Source: Macrostomum hystrix
Taxonomy: Eukaryota; Animalia; Platyhelminthes
DNA: 64,000 nt
Direction of reading: 5' to 3'
NCBI GenBank assembly: GCA_950097015.1
Contig: CATNEN010000033.1
Span: forward strand, 5,146,001 to 5,210,000
A program made the position numbers and the translations under genes. Below, piece by piece: positions 13,993-23,840 of this stretch (within the stretch, counting starts at the first letter, position 1; each line of letters opens with the position of its first letter). The notes below the pieces were generated by a model. The model had not been told where the DNA came from. It did no database searches and worked only from the letters and a program-made list of their open reading frames with translations.

Positions 13993-14519
13993 TTAAATTC
14001 AAAATTAAATTCATTGCTCATAGAAATGACATTTTTCGAAAAATTTAAATACAAAAACAAAATCGTTTTTACGCTGTCATTTTATTTGTGTTTTATTAAA
14101 ACCACTACCTGATTATTGTTTTAACAAAAAATAATTAGAATTTAAAACAAAGCACGATACCTATAATTTTAGTTATAGCACGACTGTACATAGCTACCGG
14201 AAGATAAAAACCTAATTAAAAGCGCAAAAGCATGAAAAACGGCTTGACACATGCGGTATTTTGAATTAAAATTTGAGGAAAACATTTTGGTAACTTATAA
14301 ATAAATAATGAATGAACGGAATATAAACAATTCAAATGGAAAAATATATTTCGCATTAGTTAGATCGACTTTTGTTACAATTGTGAAAATCTAACTTGTT
14401 TGATGCAGACGTGTACTAAAAATTAAACAAAGTGTACAAGCAACATAATATATACTGAATATTTGACTTATATAATCTTTCTAGAACGTTATGAATTGGT
14501 CGTGATTAGATTTATTAGG

Positions 14520-14820
14520 ATACTAGATGGAATTGATTTGGATTCTAGACGAAATTGATTGGGACTCTAGATGGGATTGATTTAGATTCTAGATGGGATT
14601 GATTTAGATTCTAGATGGGATTGATTTAGATTCTAGATGGGATTGATTTAGATTCTAGATGGGATTGATTTAGATTCTAGATGGGATTGATTTAGATTCT
14701 AGATGGGATTGATTTAGATTCTAGATGGGATTGATTTAGATTCTAGATGGGATTGATTTAGATTCTAGATGGGATTGATTGGGATTCTAGATGGAATTGA
14801 TTGGGATTCTAGATGGGATT
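14520..14820. repeat. 22-bp minisatellite (CTAGATGGGATTGATTTAGATT), about 13 copies
   Basis: Direct tandem copies abutting the 3' end of the GCM reading frame. Confidence 0.95.
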
Positions 14821-14915
14821 GCTGTGAAGGTAAGTCTGCTGCTGCTGCTGCTGCTGTTGATAGTAAGCTGTGTATCCGAAAGCGGGGTAGTTAATTTCGT
14901 CGTAGTAAGCAGCAA

Positions 14916-14971
<56 letters not shown>

Positions 14972-15986
14972 AGATAATGACAATGAGGACATTGAGGACA
15001 ATAAAACGTGTTTTGAAGGACCCGTTTCCGGCGTGTTTCCGGCGGCCAGGCCTCCGGCGCCGGATGATCGTGACAGCCCTTGGCCTGGAAGTACACAAGG
15101 CCATTGTTGGCGTGTCTCCAGAAGTGAGTGACTGGGAAGCCGCAGTGGGCACTGGCGAAGGTACAGACGGCCATCCGGACACTTGGGATTCGGACAGCGA
15201 GAGCCTGAGCCAGTGTTTAAGCAATGGATTGAATTTGTGTGGCGCATCCAAATGACTGCGTACATGTATTCTGTCCGTGGACTGGGGAGCTGTGGCTGCG
15301 GCTATTCAACCTCTCCCAGAACTCTACCTCTCTCCCCCAGTCTACCTCTCACCCCAAACTACCTCTGTCCCCACTTTTCCTCTCTCCTCCATTCTACCTC
15401 TCTCCCTCCACTCTACCTCTCTCGCCCACTCTATCTCTTTCTCTGCAGTCTACCTTCCTCCCTCCACCCTACCTCTCTCCCTCCAGTCTACCTCTCTCCC
15501 TCCAGTCTACCTCTCTCCCTCCAGTCTACCTCTCTCCCTCCAGTCTACCTCTCTCCCAGAACTCTACCTCTCTCACTAAGTATGAGATGTGGGATCTATC
15601 TATTAGATTGGGATCGGATATGGATTATTTTGATTCAGGATTTAGATTCTATCATGTCCAATCTCTCCGCTCACCGCACTCCTTTCGCCTGGCCTTGTCG
15701 CAGATGGCCGGTCTAAGGCAGATCCGTCTAGCTCCGGCCGACTGTTGCTCAGCCGCTGTCGCTGGCGGAAGAGTGCACGCTGAGGAGCACAGCAGCACAC
15801 CCAGGCAGGACTTCTTCAGCACGCTGACATTGTGATTGTTGGTATTTCGCATTGCCCAGCCGCTGGTGTGTCGGCGAACTTCTTCGATGGCCTCGGCGTA
15901 GATAAAGCGGCAGTGCCCGTTAGGCCACTGATTGTAGGGGTCCAAGGACTGCGGCTGAGGGTGCCAATCAAGGGTATTGTAGATGC
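14809..15986 (-). CDS. gcm: Glial cells missing (GCM) transcription factor, partial; frameshift inside the GCM domain (pseudogene or assembly error)
   Basis: Exon 15986-15675 encodes [11 protein letters not shown]...[25 protein letters not shown]...[12 protein letters not shown]. Intron 15674-15205 (GTGAG...CAG, phase 1). Exon from 15204 encodes GSRCPNPKC...RQC, then after a frameshift near 15148 [12 protein letters not shown]...[14 protein letters not shown] and a poly-Q tail. These are hallmark GCM-domain motifs. The first exon was not located. Confidence 0.93.
15309..15575. repeat. CT-rich degenerate tandem repeat (CTCTCCCTCCAGTCTAC-like) in the GCM intron
   Basis: Repeated CTCTCTCCCTCCAGTCTAC units between the two GCM exons. 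Confidence 0.85.
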
Positions 15987-16006
15987 CTATATGACTGCCA
16001 GTGGAT

Positions 16007-16140
16007 AAGAGAGAGAGGAAAGGAGAGAGGGAAGAAGCGGGAAGAAGAGAGGGAAGGAGAAAGGGAAGAAGAGGGAAGAAGAGAGGGAAGGAGAAAGGGA
16101 AGGAGAGAAGGAAGGAGAGAGGGTGGAAGAGGGAGGGTGA
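16007..16140. repeat. GA-rich low-complexity tract
   Basis: AGAGGGAAG/GGAAGGAG iterations; a polypyrimidine tract on the GCM coding strand just upstream of the 15986 acceptor. Confidence 0.85.
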
Positions 16141-16554
16141 GTAAAAGGGTTTTAAATATTAGAGGATTTAGAAATGTAAATTGATCTATTTGAGAAAGGT
16201 TCTAACAGGTACGAATAATATGACGATTTAAAGAGACGAAAATTAGATAGGAACATATGTACGTGTTTAACTTACAACACTAGCTGTATCCATTGAGATT
16301 GGGTTGTATCCTGTATCCTGTAAGCTGTATCCATTAGGGGAATATGCGATACGAATTGTATATTTAAATGGGCGGCATAAATCGAGCGGCATAAATCGAG
16401 CGGCAACCAATGAGAATTCGACTTAAAGTGAGTGCTCTATGGTCCTCCTTCTAATTGGTTGCTGGGTTGGACATAGTTTAATTCGATTCATTCTATTCTT
16501 CGTTTGAATAATTGATTAATTGTTAAGGGGATGAATAGGGAGAATTGGGTGATA

Positions 16555-16730
16555 TTGGGTTAGACTGCATGAGATTTAGTGAGATTGAGGGACATTGGAT
16601 TGTTATGGGAGAGAAAGGGTGAGATTGGGTTAGATTGAGTGAGATGGGGTTAGATTGAGTGAGATTAAGTGAGATTGGGTGAGATAGAGTGATGCTGAGT
16701 GAGATGGGTGAGGTGGCGTTAGGTGAGGTG
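16555..16730. repeat. Degenerate approx. 10/20-bp repeat (GAGATTGGGTTAGATTGAGT-like)
   Basis: Repeated GAGATTGGGT / TAGATTGAGT blocks. Confidence 0.7.
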
Positions 16731-16732
16731 GC

Positions 16733-17985
16733 AAACAAAGCGTTTCTTTAGGGTAGCATATAGATAGCTTACATTGTAACTTGGCTAGCTGTCTAAAGCG
16801 GATACATGCACCCACAATATTTTTTCCAACAACTATAAGCAACAAAGCGGAAGCGGCCAAGAGTAATATTAACTGCTTCCTCTTAGAGGCTGTGCCAGAC
16901 ACTGGGACCATGAAGTTTGATAGCCGAAATACAACTGAATCCCTAAAGGTAAATCTATAATTCAAGACAGTGACTGGTAGTTCTATGGGAGACAGTGGGT
17001 ATCTCGTAGATTTTCTAGGTAGCTAGCTTATAGCTAGAAAGACAGTTACTATAGCAATACTTTATTGCGGAGACTGGCTAGTTTGTCTAGCTATGGGATA
17101 CGCTGTCTAGATTGATTGTTCACGGGAGACAAGCTAATCGCAAACTCATTTATTCTTACCAGCCCGTCGATGACCTGAGCGGTCAGCCAAGACTCAATCT
17201 ACGGCCATGAGCTTCTGCTGCAGTTTCATGATGCTCGAACTTCTGGGAAGCAGTCTTAGAATAGACACAAATATCAATGTCATCCGCAGCTTCCGTTTGT
17301 AAAAGTACATTTCCGCAGCTTCCAAAATCTGTAAAGCGATAGGTGTCCAGACTAAATAAACACAGCAGTGATAAGAAAAACTAGAGTCCAGACTAGACAA
17401 ACAAAGCGTTTCTTAGAGTAGCATATAGATAGCTAGCTTATTGTAACTTGGCTAGTTGTCAATAACTGAGACACCCACCATAATTGTTTCTCTGTAACTT
17501 TTTCTCTGTTTCCTCTTTCCTCCTTCTCGCCTTAGAAGCCGTGCCAAATAATCGGGCCATGAACTTTGATCGCGGAAACGGAAATGCAACTGAATCCGGA
17601 GAGGTAAAACTATAAATCGAGAAAGTGGCTGGTTGTTCTATGGGAGACAGTGGGTAGCTACTACGAGTAGATCAAAATCTTGTAGATTTTCTAGATAGTT
17701 AACTATAGCTAGAAAAGACAGTTACTATAGCAACACTGCCTATTGCAGAGAGTGGCTAGATTATCTAGCTATGGTAGATGGTGTCTAGATTTATTATTCA
17801 CGGGAGACAATGTAGGCTCTTGGAGATCTGGTGATAGAGATAGAGATAATCACAAACCCATTTCTTCTTACCAGCCCGTCGATGACCTGAGCGGTTTAGA
17901 CGCCTTGGACTTCACCGTGATGCGCCGTGAATTCGTTGACCTCCAATCTTACGACAGCACTACACGACTGAGTTGGTTTCATGAT
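16733..17985. repeat. Diverged local duplication, copy 1 about 16733-17232 and copy 2 about 17399-17985
   Basis: Shared blocks in the same order: ACAAAGCGTTTCTT..GTAGCATATAGATAGCT, TTCTATGGGAGACAGTGGGTA, GACAGTTACTATAGCAA, TTCTTACCAGCCCGTCGATGACCTGAGCGGT, GTTTCATGAT. Confidence 0.88.
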
Positions 17986-18711
17986 TTTAAATGATTTCCA
18001 CTCGAACTTATTAACCTGGAAAGTCACCTAGAAAATCCCGGGCTCTATGAGCAATGGGATATTGCATGCATGCGACTTTCCCAGTGCTATTTTTAGAGCA
18101 GCACATGAACAAACAGAGCTGGGAATTGCCGTTCGAGCTGAGCATGACAGCTAGGACTGATAAGAAGTTTCTATAGAACGGAAATCAGCGGAGCGGGGAT
18201 AGAGACGTTTTCTAGCACCGAAAATGTAAAGGAAAGACATGCGTTCACGCATGTACATGTTGGCAATAAAGCTATTTAGAAAGCAGCGAAAAGTGACGTA
18301 CAGTCACACAGTTTTAAAGCTCACCAGAACTCTAGAGCAGTGTCTCGTTGGCACATTGAGGATCTGGGATTGTCACCAAACTGAGGATCTGGGTTGTCAT
18401 TAAACTGAGCTTTAAATTTTTACTTGTTGTATACCGACTGAACACATGCGGGATGAAGGCTTAGTTCATTTCGTTGTTTCAAACATTTTAATTAACTAAT
18501 ACAAATCTTAAAACAAATATATGTCTATAAATATATGGTCAGTTAAAGAGTGACTAAGCATGCCAAACTTAACTGGTGCTTACGAGAGAAATCAACTAAT
18601 GCGAAACTAAAAATTTAAACTCTTTCTGTCTCAAATCTTTTCTTTGATCTCTTTCTGACTTCTCATGCCATTAATGGCATTAATGAAATTAATCGTAATT
18701 AAAATTTAAAC

Positions 18712-19000
18712 ATTCTACTACATCTCACTACCCCACTTCCCCTCACTCTACTGCATCTCACTACCCCACTTCCCCTCACTCTACTGCATCTCACTATCCC
18801 ACTTCCTCTCACTCTACTGCATCTCACTATCCCACTTCCTCTCACTCTACTGCATCTCACTATCCCACTTCCTCTCACTCTACTGCATATTACTACCACA
18901 CTTACTCTCACCCTACTGCTCTCCCTCTCACCCTACCTGATCCCCCTTTCACCATACCTGCTCTCCATCTCACCCTACTGATCTCCCTCTCACCCCACTA
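18712..19000. repeat. 33-bp minisatellite (CATCTCACTATCCCACTTCCTCTCACTCTACTG), about 6 copies plus a degenerate tail
   Basis: Direct tandem copies; source of the VRCSRVRGSGI ORF. Confidence 0.9.
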
Positions 19001-19493
19001 ATCTAGGGAATCTAGGGATTCTAGGGAAGGCACGGAATCGATTTTGGGACCTCCCTTAATCCAGATTGATCTCGACGAATTTTGAGTCCCTATGCTCTAT
19101 GATAAATGTAGAGGAAATTGAAAATTAGAAGCAACCATGTTAATTTATATACTAGCTAGCTATTATACTAAGTTGTCATGCAGAGTCATATAATTTCAGT
19201 CTACATGTACAGGTCTTTCGGAAAGAATGAGCTATAGGATATGACTGAAACAGTATCCTATCGTTTCTACTAATAGTAGCACATGGCGAATTAATCTTCC
19301 TCCAAATATTTTCGCATACGAAAAAAAAGTTGGAAAATTTAGTAGAAAATTTCGAAAATGATGCAAACAATATTTCCAAATTTAAGAGCAACTAGACATG
19401 TTAAAGGTGAAATAATATTTTTCTGCAACCATAAGTCACGTGTACTACACGAAAAGAAAAAAAAACCGCGTAAAAAGTGATGTTTACAAAACC

Positions 19494-19660
19494 GTGCGCC
19501 CAGGCGGCGGGAGGCGTATAGCAAGGGCGTATAGGAAAATCACTATGCGCCCAGGCGGCGGGAGGCGTATAGCAAGGGCGTATAGGAAAATCACTATGCG
19601 CCCCGGCGCCGGCTGGGCGTATAGCGGGGCGCACGGCGCCCCACTCTGCGCCCCAAAAAG
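19494..19660. repeat. GC-rich repeat block: 54-bp unit x2 plus a hairpin, with GGCGTATAG five times; probable transposon subterminal region
   Basis: TGCGCCCAGGCGGCGGGAGGCGTATAGCAAGGGCGTATAGGAAAATCACTATGCGCCC is duplicated, followed by the inverted segment GGGGCGCAC...GCGCCCC. Confidence 0.75.
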
Positions 19661-21733
19661 CTGTCCCACCGGGTACTGGTAGGTAAATCAAACCCTGGTG
19701 AATGACTACTTCGGGTCGATACCCAAAATGGCAAGCCTGCACCTCGCGGGCACACTTTCCCGAGAAATTCTCGGAGAAGTCAACATGAAGCAGAACTTCG
19801 CCGTCAGACAGCATCGCCTTGGCTGTGCGAATAGCTGCAAACTGATGTCGCACGCGGTAAAAGTGAGCTGCATACGCAATTAGCAGTGCTTCGAATCGCG
19901 CAGATGCGTCCCTGAAGTCAACAGTTTTCTAGAAAATTACTAAAACAAAACATACGACATTCATACAGCCTCAGATGGGCATTCGAAATCAATGTCGAGC
20001 CAGCAGTGGAACACAATGGTAAGAAAGAATTATATACTATACATGTACAGGTGTAATTCTCATTACAATATTCACCTACCGGTACACACTGTGTCGAAGA
20101 AGAACCGGTATTGCTGGTAACCACGCACCAAGAATAGTACGTTAGACTTCTTGGAGTCGTGTCAACGGGTTGCATGACGGTCCGATCTTTGCAGGCGGTA
20201 CACCGACGTAGCAGACAATCTGGTTTGTCGATACTGCAGGTCATTTGTTGTAACAATTGGTACTTGTCCCTTGTATTCAGGACTTTCTGTCCGTGAAGAG
20301 CCCCAGCTAGCAGCTGCATGTAAAAATTAAGTATGGAAGTGCTTTAAAAAAAGAAGTATGCCTTAAATTGGAGAAACAATTGCGAGAGATTCTTACATCG
20401 ACATTAGAGCATTGGCTACATAAGCACACCTGACGATTTTTGAGACTTGGCCGCAGCACAAAGAAGGGTCGTAAACAGTAAAACTGTGTCCGACTAATTC
20501 GCTGCTTTGGATTCTCGCTAAGAAATTTCTCATACAGCGATTCCACTGTAAAACAGAGATAGCGCCGCTGTGCCTTCTGCTTCTTAAACGTGACGGTTTC
20601 TTTTTTCCCTGCCGTGATGCGTGAATTGTCATCTCGGCAGTAGAAGTCAAAGACCGCACGGTGAAGGAGAGATGCTGGCTTGCGGACCTCGGGAAGTACA
20701 GCTGATGAATTTCGAACATCCAGCTGCTGTTTCACTGTCCAACGCAATGTCAGCTGCGCGTTTAAGCAGATCTTAAAATGAAACAATATTTTGATGTGAA
20801 CAAAACTGCACAATACATAATTGGTAAACATGTCTGTATCGTTTCAGCAGGTACCTTCTTTACCAGTGTGGCCGTCGCCCTATTTCGCTTGGTGTGGGCT
20901 AGTGATGACACAATATAGTCCTTCGCTTTCAATATGGCTGCCACCCGTGAGCCAGCAAATTTCCATCTATCACTGATTGGCGTTCAAGCTGGAGCTGCAC
21001 GTATTTCATTGGTAGCCTTAGCCTAGAAAATTGTATGATGACTTATGATGACTGTTGATTTCATGACAAAAAATAGTTTTCTGTGTGACATAATATAGAT
21101 TTTGATTTATAATTGTAATTTATACTTGTCATTCTCATTGTCTATGTCACTATCAGTCAGTGTCGTTTGGGGACATTTTTTTGCAACCCTGCAAGCTAAC
21201 AAATGTGAATATAAACGAGGTTGATATGTCGGCATAATCGTCTTTAACCATTGTCATGAATAGGTTGGCGCGATTCGACTTGCAATATACAGTTATTTAT
21301 TACAACGTGATATAAATTAAGAATGTAAAATAGTGTTAGTTCATACCTGTCTTGTAAGTCTCTTCTCAAGACGAAACACCTTCCTGCGGAGCATGTCCCT
21401 CTCCTTGAGAAGTTTCTGACGATTCATCTGACGCTTCTTCCTCTCTCGGTGACGAGCTGCTTCAGAACGATTGTGAGATTCCACCCTGGCTGTTGGCGCA
21501 TTGTTCACTGCAGCATTTGCGTACTTTAATCTATCGCGGCATGCCCTAACACGATCACGGGTGTTGTTGCGACTGACGATCAGCTTACGTTGACTCCTTG
21601 TCTGACACTGCTTAATATATGCTTTTCTGGCAGATTCCTGTCTCTCAGCCCTGCAGGCATCTGGATCGGTTGATAACTTCCTTTCGCGGTACCGACGGTC
21701 GCGCAGTTTCTTCTTTTGAATGTCAACTGGCAT
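19650..21733 (-). mobile_element. Degenerate intron-containing DDE-type transposase (DFSEN(Y/F) family, possibly Sola-like), truncated in the catalytic domain
   Basis: Successive minus-strand exons: basic N-terminus from ATG 21733 to donor at 21346; FYCRDDNSRITAGKKETVTFKKQKAQRRYL...ISRTQFYCLRPFFV...VCLCSQC; MTC..PDCLLRRCTAC; AHFYRVRHQF...LLHVDFSENFSGKCAREVQACHFG...HQGLIY. There is an in-frame TGA near 20985 and coding similarity stops near 19650. Motifs were recognised from memory of a widespread invertebrate transposase family; the superfamily is uncertain. Confidence 0.72.
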
Positions 21734-22799
21734 TCCTGAAAGGGTATACAGAGTGGAAGCAGTGCTGACGCAGGTATGCATAAAAGCCACATTGTCTCAC
21801 TCTATGCAACCAATAGCATAGAGTACATATATTGTAAAATTTACAAATTAAGTAGTGTAAAATACTTAAATGGTAACATTAATCTGCTGGACATGATAGA
21901 ATGAAAAATATATAAATCGACTCTCCCTAGTCCTCAAATTTGTGCCTCATAATCCCTTTTAATGGAAGTAGCATAAGCTTATGGGTAGGGCCTATATTTT
22001 TACAGTCAATATACATAAACTTTCAATAATTTTAACTAAAATATTTTCAGTTTAGCTGCAATACACTTCTGAGTTATATTTTTATGATTTGAATCTGCAA
22101 AATAATTTTGTTGTACTTCATGCACATGCAACTACAACATGTCACGTTTATATGCAATGATCATGCATATTGTAAGCATTTAAGCTTATTCAATTCATTT
22201 ATTGCAGGCATGATACATTATATATATAGTGTATGCACATTATGGTACACAAAATACTTTTTTGGATTACTTATGTGTCCATAGTAGTATCCCAATGGCA
22301 TACTATACTACCCCACGTAGTATCCCAATGCTTCATTCTATGCCATATGTTGCATATGCCATTTTATGTCTGTAACAGATACTATTAAACAATAGAGTAT
22401 ATCATAATGTAAAGAATTACAAAATAGGCACTTTCTGTCAAAACAAGATTTTTTGAAAACAGGAGCAGGAGGAACAGTTTTCTTGCACTGGTATGCAACT
22501 TGACAAACATCACAAAGTCATTTGAAGGCTGCAAATTATTAACCAATAAATTATAATATGTACTAGCTTTTTTTGCCCGTTGTTTTTGGGGCAGAAATTT
22601 AAAGCAAAGCAGTAAGCAATTCACGTCTCTGTATTAACTTTATAGTGAAGGTCACCATTTATATATTTACTGCATTAATGAAAAGTGAAGAGTTTGTTTA
22701 AGGGCGTTTTAAGTAAAAAATATGTGAAAAGTTTGTCCAAACAGCCCCCTCTTGATTACTTCTTTAGAAACATGTCTCTTAGCCACTCCTCTATACAGT

Positions 22800-23072
22800 C
22801 AGTGGCAGATCCAGGAATTTTGTTTTGGGGCGGTCTGTCAGGGGAGCGCCATGAGAATCACAGAGGGGGTGCCAGCGGCCGAAAAAGGGCGCCAGGAGCC
22901 AAGAAAGGGCGCCAGCGGCTGAAAAACGGGAGCCAGCGGCTGAAAAAGGGGCGCCAGCGGCCGAAAAGGGGCGCCAGTGCTGCGACTGGCGCCCCTGGTG
23001 GGGGCATCTTATTCCCATGATTAAAATTTAGGGGGGCGACTGCCCCCCCGCCCCCCCCTAAATCTGCCTCTG
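22800..23072. mobile_element. hAT-type MITE (273 bp) nested in the Helitron 3' region
   Basis: TIRs CAGTGGCAGAT / ATCTGCCTCTG (10 of 11 match). Perfect 8-bp TSD TATACAGT at 22792-22799 and 23073-23080. Internal GCCAGCGGCYGAAAAAGGG repeats. Confidence 0.92.
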
Positions 23073-23224
23073 TATACAGTATGCATGTACACGCGTATAC
23101 ATAAGGAAAATAGCCATGGCATGACAATAACAATGTCAAAGAAACAAAATTAAACTGTTTCAGAGTTCAAAGTTAGACAGGTCAAGGTCAATTCGTGACT
23201 ACTTTTCTATTAATTGCTTGCGAG

Positions 23225-23840
23225 TCACCTCAAGGCCTGGGGATACACCACATTCTTCGTTCTTCCCCTTGGTGCGAAAATGAATAGGCCAGCTGGAGTT
23301 CCAACACGGGAGCAGGCGACATAAAGCTGCCCATGCGAGAAGCAAGGAGTCTCCAGGTTGATGCCAGCCACCTTCAGCGACTGTCCCTGAGCCTTGTTAA
23401 TAGTCATCGCAAAGCACACTCTCACAGGGAACTGCAGTCGCTTGAACTGAAATGGCAGGTCCGTGGGGATAATTGGAATCCGGGGAACGAACACAGACTC
23501 TCCTCTGCCAGATCCAGTCATTATCGTGGCCTCAATCACGTGTGGGAAGAGCCGCCTGACTATCAGTCTGGTGCCGTTACACAGCCTTGGCGCATTCAGG
23601 TTGCGGAGGAGCATAATTGGTGCCCCAACTTTCAGCTGCAAGTTGTGCGATGGAGTTCCAGGAGGATCTAGAGAGTTCAGAAACTCAACAGGATACTCCA
23701 CAGCGGTGTCATCAGTCAACGTTGTATCAATTGACTTGTAGGTGAAAACTGCACCTGGCAACTCCTGAAGCAGTTGGCAGTTAATTTCGTTGGCGGCATC
23801 ATTTCTAGGACACAGAATTGCCCTCTCTGACAGCCAGTCA
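23225..23840 (-). pseudogene. Helitron RepHel PIF1-like helicase, C-terminal fragment
   Basis: WLSERAILCPRN...EFLNSLDPPGTPSHNLQLKVGAPIMLLRNLN..RLCNGTRL...PRIP...KRLQFPVRVCFAMTINKAQGQSL...FSHGQLYVACSRV...TKNVVY. The Rep domain and helicase N-terminal half are absent. Confidence 0.95.
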
